Source: Elusimicrobiota bacterium | GTDB taxonomy: Bacteria > Elusimicrobiota > Elusimicrobia > F11 | Assembly (NCBI GenBank): GCA_044221725.1 | Contig: JBGAON010000005.1 | Coordinates: 269,344-333,343, forward strand | Reading direction: 5' to 3' | Length of the DNA: 64,000 bases | Shown: positions 1 to 10,684 of the stretch, piece by piece | Layout of the letters: every line of letters starts with the position of its first letter | Numbering within the stretch: position 1 is the stretch's first letter | Made by a program: the position numbers and the translations under genes | Notes under the pieces: generated by a model | What the model saw: only the letters and a program-made list of their open reading frames with translations | What the model was told of the DNA's origin: nothing | Databases searched by the model: none

Positions 1-2
1 CG

Positions 3-3000
3 TGGTTTATTTCCGACGTGAACTGGGGACCGAGCGGTGCGCGGCTGTTCCCGCAACAGTCGTTTGGCGGATTCAACGCTTCCAATATCGCGCTCCAAAT
101 GATTTCCGATTACGGCGTGTCGCATCTCACGCCGGGCGGTGTGCAAATCGTAGCGGCGTCGGGCGACAACCGGTTCGATCCATTGTGGTATTTGCCGCCG
201 ACCGCGTGGTTGCCGGCCGGAGGTTACTTGTATCAAGTAACAGACACCGGACAACCGGGACGACCGCACATTTGGCAACCACGTAACCTGTATGCATTTT
301 CCGATGATGAAGGCGCTGCCGACGAAGAAGAGGTTGAACCGTTCAATCTGCTCGACCTGCCGAGCTTTGTCGCGCGCGCGGTAATTTTGGTGGCGCTGGT
401 GTGGGCCGGCGCGCCCGACGCGAGTTCGGCGGATAGCCAAGTGCAGCTGGCACCCACCGAGGACGGGCATTCCGAGAGAACGCCCGCCGCGGAGGAAGGA
501 AAGAATCCCGATGCACAGGCGAACCCGCAGGGCAACGGGCCAGCGGTCGGAAAAGCGCCGGATCGGCCACTGAAAATCGAAACGAACGGCACCGTGCCGT
601 TGAAGGACAACGAAGGCAAAGTGACGGAGACGCGAAGGGAAATTGTGAATGCACCGACCGAGCCGTCCGAGCCGAGCAAACCAAACTTCTTGTTTGCGGC
701 TATTAAAGGAGTGTTGGTGAATCTAATCGTCGTTGCGACCGCTGTTCTGAAATTTACCGAAGTGAAGCCGGCCGGCAAAGAGGTCGTGAAGCCCGCCGTG
801 CAGAACGATGCCCCCAAAATCGCAGGCGCAGTCGTTCGGAAGAAAGACCCTAATAATAAGGAGAGACATCCGGATAATAGGGAGAACGTGCGCAAAGACG
901 GCGAGAAATTCGAACTGAAGAAAGGCGCCATCGAAGTCGACAAGAATGGTCGCCTCCGATTGACGGCGGCCGAAGCGAAGAAATTCGCGCGCGGCAGCGA
1001 GATCAAACTGCTCGGCAAGAACGGCAAAGAGATCACGGTGACGGTTGGCCCGAACGGACTGCTTGTGTTCAAAGAAAAGAACAAACCGTCGGAGCAGCTG
1101 CTTAAGGAAATCTTCACGCCGCTGCTGAAACAAGATTTGAACGGGCGCGTAGAATTGCGCGCCATGGTTTCCAATCAAGGCCGCACGTGGTTTGTTCGCG
1201 CGCCGGACGCACCGGTGGTAAGACGCGCGCAAATCGACCGTGTTCTCGAACAGGTCAAGCTGGCGCCGGTTGGCGAAGGCGAGGAAAATCCCAACGTTGG
1301 GCCCGCGAAAGTGAACGGCAATCTCGAACAGAATCCGAAATTAGGAAAAGCGGGCGAGAAGCCGCAAACCGACGCGGTAGTAGCGCGCGGCCTCTTGTCG
1401 CGCTTGGCACAAGCGCTCAACGTGTCGCCGCGAGAATTGACGATATTGCTGACGAGAGCCGAAAAACGGGCCCTGGAAAAAGGTGGCGTTGGTCCCACCG
1501 TGTTGCTGCGCACCTTTCTGCAAGCCGTGAAACTTGGAGACCAGGTTTCTTCGGCAAAATTGTACGCGGCGCTCGTCACCGAATTAAAAGACGTGAAACG
1601 CGAAGCGAACATCGGTGCCGGCCCGGTCGCGAAACCAAACGTCGCGAAACCGCAAAACGAAGCGAAGGTGAATGCGGCGCAACCGAACGCGAACGAGAGG
1701 GACGAGAAACAAAAAGCCGAAGTGAAATTCCAAGCGCCGATGGTGAGTTTGTTGGGAGCGTTGCGGCAAATGTTGCGCGTGGAGGATAAGCAGCGCGGAC
1801 TCGATGCGCGCGCACCGCAACAAATCTCGCTAAACATTGATGAGAACGGAAAACCGTCGTTGATTGTGAACGTCGGGGGAAAAACCGTCACATACAAGGT
1901 CGGCGAGCAAGTTGTTCTCGCCGTGGCGGGCCAACGTTTGGTTGTGAAGATTGGCACCGATGGCTTCATCGTTCAAAATCCGAAAAACGTTTTCACGGTG
2001 GGCGCCGTACTGAGCGCGTTGTTGCCAAAAGGAGAAAAAGGCACAGCGCAGGTTATCGGTGTCACCAAAGACAACGCCGGTCAAACGGTGCTGCGCGTTG
2101 TGAACGCCACAGCCACCGATCTTGGATTGAAACTAACGTTTGCTGGGAAAAACGAAACTGTTCAATCGAACCAAATCGATTTGATTGCGCAAGCGCACCA
2201 CGTGAAAGCGACTGAAACACTCGATGGTCCGAAAATTGGCGAGAGAGTTTTCCAAATTTCCGCCGTCGTTGATCGCCGAACGGGTTTCGATGCCAAACAA
2301 TTTTTCGTCGAGAACTTGTTGGGGCGCCAAGTCGATCAGCAAGACGGAAATCGTATCACAGTGCTCGTGCTCGACACGAAAGGAAACGTGATCCGCGCGG
2401 CGTTCAATTACGACAAGCAGAATATCGAATTTAAACAGGACGCAAAGCCGGCCATCGGCTCGCTCGTTGTTGCAGCCGGATTTGGAACCGCGAAAGCGAC
2501 GCTGACCGCGGAGGGGAAGCCGGTGTTCGGTGTGGGCGGCAACGGTCCCATCGTAAACAAAGCGCCGGCCGCGAACAATTTCGTTAATAACGGAGCAAAG
2601 CCGGTGGGCAACAACGCGATCGCGGTACCGAACGCCGCCGCAGTGAAACCGAATTTTGTATCGCTCGTGGGCGTTTTCTCAGCGAATGTTTCGCCGATCG
2701 CTACGGCCACCGCCCACACGGCGGTGAAATTCTCGGAGTTGTTCGCCCGTTTCGTTGTCGGCGATAAGATTGGTGGAAGGGACTCGGTGGGTCTTGTGTC
2801 GCGATTCACCGGTTATCTTGTCGCGGTTGGCGACAAAACCGTTCAGTCGCTCATCACGCTCATCGCGCCGCGCACCCCGATGATTGTGAACGGTCGGTCG
2901 CCGTTCGTAATAACGGAAAATCCTCAGATTGGGCGCACGACGTTGAATATCAGCGAACTGAAAGAGTTGGCGAAAACCTTTGAAGGCCGCCTTTCTATTC

Positions 3001-3887
3001 TCGATCAGTTGGGAAATCTGAAAGTGGACACGAAGACCATGTCGCAGGTGCTCGGCTTGCTCGCGATGCCCGCGGTTCAAAGTCTGCAACAGCCGTTTAT
3101 CCGCGTCGATAAAAATGTGAACGGCACCTATATCGTTGAGGCGCGCGGCCGCGACAACGACGGAAACGCGATCCGCATCACACCGAACGGAAAGATGGAG
3201 CGCATTCCGGAACAAGAGATCCCGAAGAAAGTCCCGGCGCCAGGATTGTGGAAGCGGTTTGAGTCAACCAACGATAACAATCAAATCGATCTCAACAGAT
3301 TTCATTCGTTCGCTGTTGCGCCGACAGCGATTGCGAGGGAAACAGCGGGCGCGATCCTTGTGTCCGACGCCGGATCTGCGCTTATCGCACGCGAGATTCG
3401 CAATCTCACGCCGGCGTTTGCGACGGCGGACAGCATTGGAATTTCGGATGCGAGCTACGCGAAATTGCCGGGTCGGTTTGTTCCTTACCACACGCATCTC
3501 GGTTGGCCAAACACGTTTCATGGTTTGGCGCGGTTCGCACCGACGGCCGAAGACGTGCGTACGCACCGATCGCTCATGAACAAGTTCGCGAAAACGCACG
3601 GAACGGATTTGTCGTTGCCGGGCGTGATCTATTTTGCGTCGGGCGAGAAAACCTTATTCTGGGTCGGAGAAAGCGATCACGAGCTCGTGAAACTGGAAGT
3701 GCTCGATGCTGAGGGTGCACGACGCGTTGCACACGTGACGGTTCAACAATTGGAGCTTGCAGAGCTGACCGGCGAATTGAATGTTGTGAGCGACGATGGC
3801 GTGAGAGAACCGGCGGGTGTGGCAGCGTCGAACAAAATTGTAATGCTAAACCTTAGAATGGATTTGTGGGACAAGAAGAAAAGATAA
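3..3887 (+). CDS. Very large hypothetical protein, 5'-truncated by the window edge; C-terminal HTH...PTxxD (JAB/MPN-like) motif
   Basis: Frame is open from base 3 (track start at 18 is an internal GTG); >1289 aa; hydrophobic segments and Lys/Asn/Pro-rich linkers; YHTHLG...APTAED near the C-terminus. Confidence 0.75.
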   Translation, partial: WFISDVNWGPSGARLFPQQSFGGFNASNIALQMISDYGVSHLTPGGVQIVAASGDNRFDPLWYLPPTAWLPAGGYLYQVTDTGQPGRPHIWQPRNLYAFSDDEGAADEEEVEPFNLLDLPSFVARAVILVALVWAGAPDASSADSQVQLAPTEDGHSERTPAAEEGKNPDAQANPQGNGPAVGKAPDRPLKIETNGTVPLKDNEGKVTETRREIVNAPTEPSEPSKPNFLFAAIKGVLVNLIVVATAVLKFTEVKPAGKEVVKPAVQNDAPKIAGAVVRKKDPNNKERHPDNRENVRKDGEKFELKKGAIEVDKNGRLRLTAAEAKKFARGSEIKLLGKNGKEITVTVGPNGLLVFKEKNKPSEQLLKEIFTPLLKQDLNGRVELRAMVSNQGRTWFVRAPDAPVVRRAQIDRVLEQVKLAPVGEGEENPNVGPAKVNGNLEQNPKLGKAGEKPQTDAVVARGLLSRLAQALNVSPRELTILLTRAEKRALEKGGVGPTVLLRTFLQAVKLGDQVSSAKLYAALVTELKDVKREANIGAGPVAKPNVAKPQNEAKVNAAQPNANERDEKQKAEVKFQAPMVSLLGALRQMLRVEDKQRGLDARAPQQISLNIDENGKPSLIVNVGGKTVTYKVGEQVVLAVAGQRLVVKIGTDGFIVQNPKNVFTVGAVLSALLPKGEKGTAQVIGVTKDNAGQTVLRVVNATATDLGLKLTFAGKNETVQSNQIDLIAQAHHVKATETLDGPKIGERVFQISAVVDRRTGFDAKQFFVENLLGRQVDQQDGNRITVLVLDTKGNVIRAAFNYDKQNIEFKQDAKPAIGSLVVAAGFGTAKATLTAEGKPVFGVGGNGPIVNKAPAANNFVNNGAKPVGNNAIAVPNAAAVKPNFVSLVGVFSANVSPIATATAHTAVKFSELFARFVVGDKIGGRDSVGLVSRFTGYLVAVGDKTVQSLITLIAPRTPMIVNGRSPFVITENPQIGRTTLNISELKELAKTFEGRLSILDQLGNLKVDTKTMSQVLGLLAMPAVQSLQQPFIRVDKNVNGTYIVEARGRDNDGNAIRITPNGKMERIPEQEIPKKVPAPGLWKRFESTNDNNQIDLNRFHSFAVAPTAIARETAGAILVSDAGSALIAREIRNLTPAFATADSIGISDASYAKLPGRFVPYHTHLGWPNTFHGLARFAPTAEDVRTHRSLMNKFAKTHGTDLSLPGVIYFASGEKTLFWVGESDHELVKLEVLDAEGARRVAHVTVQQLELAELTGELNVVSDDGVREPAGVAASNKIVMLNLRMDLWDKKKR

Positions 3888-3931
3888 GCGTTAAGAATTA
3901 CACCTACTGTCGGGCCGGGATGACGGCTCTA

Positions 3932-4630
3932 TTATTCTTGCGCGAGGTAGCGATAACCGATGCGCTCGACGGTTTCGATCTTGTTTTCGTAGCGTCCGAG
4001 TTTTTTCCGCAGTCGACCGACGTGCACGTCGACGGTGCGCGTGTTGCCCACCAACTCATGGCCCCATACTGACTCGCACAGCACTTCGCGCGTTAACACC
4101 GTGTTCTTCGCGCGCATGAGAGCGGCCAACAAATCAAATTCTTTCGGGGAAAGATCCACCGGCTTCTTATCAATCTCAAGCCGATGTTGATCCAAATGGA
4201 TTTTGATGGTTCCGTCTTCGATCATGCCGTGCATCGGATCTTTCGGTTTGGAACGGCGGAGCACCGCGCGGATGCGCGCGACAAACTCGCCTTGGTTGAA
4301 CGGTTTCACAATGTAATCGTCGGCGCCGATTTCCAAGCCAGCGATTTTGTAGGAATCCACGGATTGAACGGTCAGCATAACGACCGAAAGGTTGGCCGTG
4401 TTCGGATTTGCGCGAAGTTTCTTAATGATGCCAAAGCCATCTTCATCGGGAAGTTGCAAATCGAGCACCACAAGATCCGGTTTAAAAGTGCCAACCAATT
4501 TGAAGAAGTCGGCGGCTGAGGACGCGGTTTCTACAATGAATCCTTCGCGTTCGAGAACCATTTCGACCAGGCGGCGAATATCCGGGTCGTCGTCGACAAC
4601 AATGATCTTTTGTTTAATTTCAGAAGCCAT
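3932..4630 (-). CDS. OmpR/PhoB-family response regulator
   Basis: IIVVDDD receiver, LDLQLP, GADDYIVKPF, C-terminal RTVDVHVGRLRKKL winged helix; AAGGAG RBS before ATG at 4630. Confidence 0.95.
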   Translation of the reverse strand: MASEIKQKIIVVDDDPDIRRLVEMVLEREGFIVETASSAADFFKLVGTFKPDLVVLDLQLPDEDGFGIIKKLRANPNTANLSVVMLTVQSVDSYKIAGLEIGADDYIVKPFNQGEFVARIRAVLRRSKPKDPMHGMIEDGTIKIHLDQHRLEIDKKPVDLSPKEFDLLAALMRAKNTVLTREVLCESVWGHELVGNTRTVDVHVGRLRKKLGRYENKIETVERIGYRYLAQE

Positions 4631-4639
4631 TTGCACTCC

Positions 4640-6133
4640 TTACTGAGGTCGAAGTACTTTTGCCTTTAGCTCTTCAGTCAACTTCGGTATCGTAAAAAAG
4701 AAAGCTGTTCCTTGCCCGGAGGGCGCGGGGCTTTTGATCCAAATTTTCCCGCCGTGCGCTTCAACAATTCCTTTCGCAATCGCAAGGCCAAGTCCAGTCC
4801 CTTTGTGTTTGCGGGCCATGCCTTGATTCGACTTCACCTGCTCGAATTTGCTGAACAACTTGTCCACCATGTCAGGCGGAATTCCTTCGCCGGTGTCGTG
4901 CACGCTGATCTCAAGATGATTTCCGCCTTCGGTCGCCTGAATTTCCACTTGGCCTTTTTCGGGCGTAAATTTGATGGCGTTCGACGTCAAATTAATAAGA
5001 ACCTCGGCAATTTTGTCTTTGTCCACAAACGCGGGCGCCAACTGCTTCGCGACCTTATTCTTGAACGTAATTTTCTTTTCTTCAAGCTGAGGTTTGAAAA
5101 GAGCTTCCATTTCGTGCGCGAGGTCCGCCATGTTCAGTTGCTCCGGCGTGAGCTTTAGCTTGTGCGCTTCGATCTTCGCGACGTCCAAAAGATTATCGAT
5201 AAATCGTCCCAGCCGAACCGCGCTGTTTTTGATCACGGATAAATAATCTTTTTGCTCCGCATTAATGGGTCCCGCCGCCCCCTGCAGCAAAAGGTCAATG
5301 TAGCCACGGATGGATGTCATCGGTGATCGCAATTCGTGCGTGACGTTTGAAACAAAGTCTTGCTTCATTTGGTCCAGTTCGCCCAACTTCGCCGCCATCA
5401 AGTTGAAATCGTCGGCCAGTTCCTTTAATTCGTCGTCGGTCGAAACGGCGATGCGGTGGTCCAATTTTCCTTCGCCGATTTTTTGCGCGCCTTCGCGCAA
5501 CGTCTCAATTGGTTTCGTAATAAACGCCGCCAACAAGAACGCGCCGAGCAAGCCGAGCACCAACGCGAAGAAAAAGGCGCTGCGAATGCGCTGGTCCATG
5601 ATCCGCAACGAATTCTTTATGTCGCGGTCGATCATGCTTTTGTCGAACCCAATGCGGGCCACGCCTTCGTATTTCGGGGGATTTAAGCCGATCATGATCG
5701 GGACCGATATATCAATAATGTCTTTGTTGTCCTTCGACTTGAGGTTTTGCGTGAACAATTCTTGGCGATCGCGGTTTTCGAGAACTTTTTGAGAAGCGGG
5801 ATCGTCCAGTTTCTTGCCGATTTGGGTGGCGTCGGTGTGCACGCGGACGCGGCCATCTTCGTAAAGCACCATCGCGTACGCCGTCGTCAGGGACTTTTGC
5901 AGCAAATTCACATAGTTAACAAGACCTGTTTCGTCATCGACGAGAATCGCCTCGCGCGCCACTTGGCGCAGCGCCCGCACCATGTCAGCGCGGTTCGTTT
6001 CCTGGGTTTCGATGATCGCCCGTTTCTGGCCGGACCGAAGGTAATAGCTGAAGGCTCCGGCCACAAACAGCACCAAAAGCGTCGCAAAAAAGGCCAGTTT
6101 GAACTTTAAAGGGGTTCGTTTTTTCGTCGGCAT
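4640..6133 (-). CDS. Membrane sensor histidine kinase (2 TM, HAMP, HisKA, HATPase)
   Basis: VTHELRSPMT H-box, NLTSNAIKFT N-box, DTGEGI, GTGLGLAI; start moved to ATG 6133 because the track start lies in a palindromic repeat. Confidence 0.93.
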   Translation of the reverse strand: MPTKKRTPLKFKLAFFATLLVLFVAGAFSYYLRSGQKRAIIETQETNRADMVRALRQVAREAILVDDETGLVNYVNLLQKSLTTAYAMVLYEDGRVRVHTDATQIGKKLDDPASQKVLENRDRQELFTQNLKSKDNKDIIDISVPIMIGLNPPKYEGVARIGFDKSMIDRDIKNSLRIMDQRIRSAFFFALVLGLLGAFLLAAFITKPIETLREGAQKIGEGKLDHRIAVSTDDELKELADDFNLMAAKLGELDQMKQDFVSNVTHELRSPMTSIRGYIDLLLQGAAGPINAEQKDYLSVIKNSAVRLGRFIDNLLDVAKIEAHKLKLTPEQLNMADLAHEMEALFKPQLEEKKITFKNKVAKQLAPAFVDKDKIAEVLINLTSNAIKFTPEKGQVEIQATEGGNHLEISVHDTGEGIPPDMVDKLFSKFEQVKSNQGMARKHKGTGLGLAIAKGIVEAHGGKIWIKSPAPSGQGTAFFFTIPKLTEELKAKVLRPQ

Positions 6134-6162
6134 AAATAGAAGGCGGGATGTTATCACATCAC

Positions 6163-6253
6163 CGTCGCCCCCGCGCAGGCGCGGGGCCAGGCACATGAAA
6201 TCGCGAGCGGATTGATTGACGGTGTCTAGGCCCCTGCCTGCGTGGCGGCGACG
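6163..6253. repeat. REP-like intergenic inverted repeat
   Basis: CGTCGCCCCCGCGCAGGCGCGGGGCC ... GGCCCCTGCCTGCGTGGCGGCGACG imperfect inverted arms between divergent genes. Confidence 0.6.
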
Positions 6254-6313
6254 ATCAAAAAACTTTAAATCGCATTGAATTTCATCGCTTCCTCCTTATA
6301 CTGGGATGGAAAT

Positions 6314-8047
6314 ATGGCGAAGAATCCGAACGTTTTGGGTCGTAAGACCATCAAAGACATCTTCCTCGAGCAAAAACTGCTCAAGCCCGACCAAGTAGAA
6401 AAAGCCATGGTCGAATCGAAAAACACGCAGAAGCCACTCCAACAGATTGTTGTCGACATGGGCATGGCCGAACGCGTCGATGTTTTGCAAATACTTTCCA
6501 AAGAATGGCGCGTGCGTGCCGTGGATCTCTCCGAAATGGATGTGGACCCCGACGTCGTAAAAATTGTGTCCGAACAAAACGCGCGCCGTCATTTGGCCAT
6601 TCCGTTTGCAAAAGAAGATCGTGTGCTGCTCGTGGCCATGGCCGACCCGCGCGATTTCTTCATCTCGGAAGACATTCATCTGCGAACCGGATTTGAAGTC
6701 CAAAGCTACTTGGCGCTTCCCGAAGACATTCTTCGCGAACTCGGCAAGGTGTACGGCATGGCGTCTGCCGTAAGCGCCGAAGACATGGTGAAAGGTATCA
6801 CCGATCAATTGCCCGGGGATGACACTGGAATTTCGCTTGAAAAGATGGAAGAGGCGGTGGACGTCACCGAAGTCGACGCGTCAGCGCCCGAAGTTGAACG
6901 TATCGTTAACGCGGTCATCGTCGGCGCGCTGCAAGCCAAAGCGTCCGATATTCACATTGAACCGTTCGAAAACAAATTTATTGTGCGTTACCGTGTGGAC
7001 GGCAACTTGCGCGAAGCAAACTTCCAGATTCCGATGTCCTACAAGAATGCCGTGATCGCGAAAATAAAAATCATGACGAACCAAATGGACATCACCGAGC
7101 GTCGAAAGCCTCAAGACGGCCGTATTCAAGTGAGTGCGAAAGGCAACCCGGTCGAATTCCGTGTGAACATTGTACCGACGGTGTTTGGAGAATCCTGCGT
7201 TATGCGCGTGTTGGACCGCGCGAGCGTGCGCGTTGATTTGAACAAGCTCGGATTTCACCCGGAGCTGCTGACGCAGTTCAAGGAAATCTTGCAGCGGCCC
7301 TACGGTCTCATGCTCGTCTGCGGGCCGACGGGTTCCGGAAAATCGACGACGCTGTATGCGGCGCTGAACTCGATCAATAATCCGGATACGAAAATTCTTA
7401 CAGCCGAAAACCCTGTCGAATACAATCTGTCTGGCATCATTCAAACAAACGTCAATCCGGATATCGGTTTTACGTTTGCCGAAGCGCTGCGCGCATTTTT
7501 GCGACAGGATCCGGACATCATCATGGTCGGCGAAATTCGCGATAAAGAAACGGCTCAGATTGCGATGGAAGCGGCCATGACCGGTCACTTTGTGTTTTCA
7601 ACAATTCATACAAACGATGCACCATCCGCGGTCGCGCGATTGCACGAGATGGGCGTGCCCTCATTTCTAATTGGTGGCACGCTCGAAGCGGTGCTCGCGC
7701 AACGGCTCGTGCGGCGCGTGTGCTCCGCATGCGCGAGGCCGATTCAAGCCACCGACGAAATGAAAGTCGTGTTTGATAAATATCAGATCGACATCAGCAA
7801 AGCGAAATTTATGCAAGGAAAAGGCTGCGACACGTGCAACAAAACCGGTTACAAAGGACGCGCCGGTATTCACGAGCTTCTTGTGATGGATAACGATATC
7901 CGTCGGATTCTATTGAGCGAAGTGTCGGCGCAGCCGATTCGTGAACAAGCTGTCAAAAGCGGAATGCGACTCATGTTGCTGGATGGTCTTATTAAAGTAA
8001 CGAACGGTGTTACCACGGTCGAAGAAGTGTTTGCGGCGACGCAATAA
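6314..8047 (+). CDS. PilB/GspE-family secretion or pilus assembly ATPase
   Basis: ASDIHIEP, GPTGSGKSTT Walker A, LRQDPDIIMVGEIRD, AMTGH, CSAC/CDTC zinc motif; degenerate MshEN-like N-terminus. Confidence 0.93.
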   Translation: MAKNPNVLGRKTIKDIFLEQKLLKPDQVEKAMVESKNTQKPLQQIVVDMGMAERVDVLQILSKEWRVRAVDLSEMDVDPDVVKIVSEQNARRHLAIPFAKEDRVLLVAMADPRDFFISEDIHLRTGFEVQSYLALPEDILRELGKVYGMASAVSAEDMVKGITDQLPGDDTGISLEKMEEAVDVTEVDASAPEVERIVNAVIVGALQAKASDIHIEPFENKFIVRYRVDGNLREANFQIPMSYKNAVIAKIKIMTNQMDITERRKPQDGRIQVSAKGNPVEFRVNIVPTVFGESCVMRVLDRASVRVDLNKLGFHPELLTQFKEILQRPYGLMLVCGPTGSGKSTTLYAALNSINNPDTKILTAENPVEYNLSGIIQTNVNPDIGFTFAEALRAFLRQDPDIIMVGEIRDKETAQIAMEAAMTGHFVFSTIHTNDAPSAVARLHEMGVPSFLIGGTLEAVLAQRLVRRVCSACARPIQATDEMKVVFDKYQIDISKAKFMQGKGCDTCNKTGYKGRAGIHELLVMDNDIRRILLSEVSAQPIREQAVKSGMRLMLLDGLIKVTNGVTTVEEVFAATQ

Positions 8048-8055
8048 AGGACCTC

Positions 8056-9132
8056 ATGAAAGCAAACGGTGCAAACGACGCTGAACCGAAAGAACACGAT
8101 GTTTTCGAGCTTGCAAAATCCTGGGCAACGAGCCAGGACGTGGACTCGCTGCTCGGCGAAATCAGCAAGGCCGTTGAGCGCATGACCGGTTCCGAAGCGG
8201 CATCGATCCTATTGCTGGATGCAAACAAAAAACAACTGGTTTTTAAGGTTGCAACCGGCGAAAAAGGCGCGTCCGTAAAAAGATTTTACGTCCCGCTCGG
8301 AAAAGGGGTGGCGGGGTGGGTGGCGGAGTACAAGGTGCCTGTCATCATCAACGACGTGCAATCCGATACTCGCTTTACAGGTCAAATTGATAAGTCGAGC
8401 GGATTTTCAACCCGGTCCATACTCGCGATGCCTATGATTGTGAACGATCAACTGATCGGCGTGGCCGAAGCGCTCAACAAGATTGACGGCGTTTATGGAG
8501 AAAGTGATCGCAAGATTCTCGAAAACTTGGGCGCGTTGGCCGCCACGACGATCGCCAATGCGCGGATGGCCGAGGATTATCGGAACTTCTTCGCGCACAC
8601 GATCGAAATTATCACGATGGCGGTTGAAGGATCCGACGGTCGGCTGACGGGGCATTCCTACCGAGTGGCGGAATTGGCCTGCCGGATTGGGCGCCAAATG
8701 GGTTTTGTCGGAAGCGAATACAAAAATCTTTACTACGGTGCGATCTTGCACGATATCGGTATGGTGGCCGTGCATGATTTGCGTTATCTGCCCAACGTGA
8801 TTTCGCACACGATTGAGCGCACGCCGGAGAAATTGCACACGCTGGTCGGATCCGAGTTGGTGAAGAACATCCGCCTTCTGGCCGATGTTGCTCCTATTAT
8901 TCTTTGTCACCATGAGTATGTGGACGGTACCGGTTTCCCCAACGGACTTGTTGGCGATGATATTCCGCTCGGCGCGCGCATCCTTTGCTTGGTCGAACAT
9001 CTGGACGAGCTGCACATCAATGGACTCGCCGGCGAACAATTCGATGAAGCGGCCGAAAAGATGGCACAAGAAGGAGCCGGCACCAAATTCGACAAAGACG
9101 TTGTTAATGCGTTCCTTTCGCTCCCCAAATAA
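8056..9132 (+). CDS. GAF + HD-GYP domain protein (putative c-di-GMP phosphodiesterase)
   Basis: GAF (GKGVAGWV...DTRF), GHSYRV, LHDIG, HHEYVDGTGFPNGL (GYP as GFP). Confidence 0.85.
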   Translation: MKANGANDAEPKEHDVFELAKSWATSQDVDSLLGEISKAVERMTGSEAASILLLDANKKQLVFKVATGEKGASVKRFYVPLGKGVAGWVAEYKVPVIINDVQSDTRFTGQIDKSSGFSTRSILAMPMIVNDQLIGVAEALNKIDGVYGESDRKILENLGALAATTIANARMAEDYRNFFAHTIEIITMAVEGSDGRLTGHSYRVAELACRIGRQMGFVGSEYKNLYYGAILHDIGMVAVHDLRYLPNVISHTIERTPEKLHTLVGSELVKNIRLLADVAPIILCHHEYVDGTGFPNGLVGDDIPLGARILCLVEHLDELHINGLAGEQFDEAAEKMAQEGAGTKFDKDVVNAFLSLPK

Positions 9133-9176
9133 ACTTCTATAATGGACCATCAAATTTTGACCCAAAGGGGGCGTCC

Positions 9177-9641
9177 ATGAAATCAACCAAAGAGCGTCGC
9201 AGAGGAAAACGGTGGAAGGTTGCTGTCTTGGTGCGCTGTTCGCTTCCAAAAGTTTCTGACGAAATGGTTGAGATGGAGATGTGGGCCAAAGATGTAAACG
9301 AGAAAGGCATGCAGCTCGAGCTCGCGCGCGGTTTAAACGTGATGCACTTGCAAGGCGCCGAAAAAGGTTCAAACCACCCCGTTCGATTTGATGACATCGA
9401 TTTTGCAAAAGGTTCGCCGGTGAAAGTTCAGGATTTGTTTTACGATGATGATGGCTCGCCTTTCATTGAAGGAAAAATCACGTGGGCGCGTCAGTCTTCA
9501 GCAAACGGCAATTGGGCGCTTGGTGTTCAGTTTGAAGACGCAAAGAAGCAACCCAAGGCGCTGCTCGGCGCGTTCAAAGATTTCATTAGCATCGTAAAAA
9601 ACCCCACCGTCGCGATCGCGAAGGCGTCTCGCCGCAAGTAG
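9177..9641 (+). CDS. PilZ-like domain protein
   Basis: ERRRGKRW (RxxxR), DVNEKGM (D-x-S-x-x-G variant), GKITWAR...LGVQF. Confidence 0.65.
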   Translation: MKSTKERRRGKRWKVAVLVRCSLPKVSDEMVEMEMWAKDVNEKGMQLELARGLNVMHLQGAEKGSNHPVRFDDIDFAKGSPVKVQDLFYDDDGSPFIEGKITWARQSSANGNWALGVQFEDAKKQPKALLGAFKDFISIVKNPTVAIAKASRRK

Positions 9642-9653
9642 CCCCGGCATTCC

Positions 9654-10676
9654 ATGGCGGGCCGCCCTGATTTTGACGAGTTCCTCACCGCACTAAACGG
9701 TTTTCTCGACAAAAAAGTCACGGTCCCGCAGGACCCAAGTTACCTCCGATTCCTCGAAATCTTCTGCCGCTCGGTCGGTTCGAGTGAAGGTCATTTGCTC
9801 GAGCATCTCGAAGGGAAAGGGCTTCAATCGATTGTCGCGTTCGGCATGCCATCGACCTTCGAGAAAGATTTCAACGGGACGGCTCCGCAAGCTCTGAAAG
9901 AACCGTCCCCGCTGGATTCCGCGTTTCGTGATCAACAAGTAATGGCCGTTGTTGAACTGAAGCGCGGTGTAGGAATCCCGCTGTGGTTTATGGATATTGC
10001 GGGCAAGTACAAATTCAAGTCACTCGTGGCGGTGCCGCTGATCGGTCAAACAAAACCCGTCGGAGTGTTGTGCGCGTATTACCGAGACGTGTGCTTGTTT
10101 GACCAAGGCACGTTGGACCGACTCATGACGATTGGGCGAATGGTGGGGACCGCGATGGAGAAAACCATGTCCGCGGGCGGTGCCACCGAAACCGATCATG
10201 CCACACCGGCCGTTGACGGTTTTCTGCAGCTTCTTACCACGCAGACGACAACCAAAGCGCACATTTTCGAAGCGCTCACGAAAATTCTTGTCAAAAACCT
10301 ACAGCCTTCCGGAATCATCAGCGGTCCGCTTCGCGTTGTGGGGCAAGACCTTATTCTGTCGGTCAGCGATGGAACGGGCGTTCCGCCGAACGCGCTCGGT
10401 CAACGTTATCCGTTGCCTCCGCTGCTCGCGAAAAAACTGTTGTTACCGCACGGAAGCCACCGGATTGAGACGTTGAAAGCCGACGAATGGGGGCAGCTGC
10501 GCCCGCTCATGAGCGGAAAATCGGCCACCGTGATCGCTCAGCCGATTATTTGGCAAAAGCAGCCGCAGGGGGCCATTGTCGTTTGGCGAAGCGAAGCAAA
10601 ACCGTTTACCGATGTGGATGACACGCTGCTCTCTCGACTGGCCGGCATTACGTCGCTCGCGCTGCGCACGAACTAA
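9654..10676 (+). CDS. Tandem GAF-domain protein
   Basis: SLVAVPLIGQTKPVGVL and AQPIIWQKQPQGAIVVWR...FTDVD GAF-like termini. Confidence 0.7.
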   Translation: MAGRPDFDEFLTALNGFLDKKVTVPQDPSYLRFLEIFCRSVGSSEGHLLEHLEGKGLQSIVAFGMPSTFEKDFNGTAPQALKEPSPLDSAFRDQQVMAVVELKRGVGIPLWFMDIAGKYKFKSLVAVPLIGQTKPVGVLCAYYRDVCLFDQGTLDRLMTIGRMVGTAMEKTMSAGGATETDHATPAVDGFLQLLTTQTTTKAHIFEALTKILVKNLQPSGIISGPLRVVGQDLILSVSDGTGVPPNALGQRYPLPPLLAKKLLLPHGSHRIETLKADEWGQLRPLMSGKSATVIAQPIIWQKQPQGAIVVWRSEAKPFTDVDDTLLSRLAGITSLALRTN

Positions 10677-10684
10677 ATCCTCCC

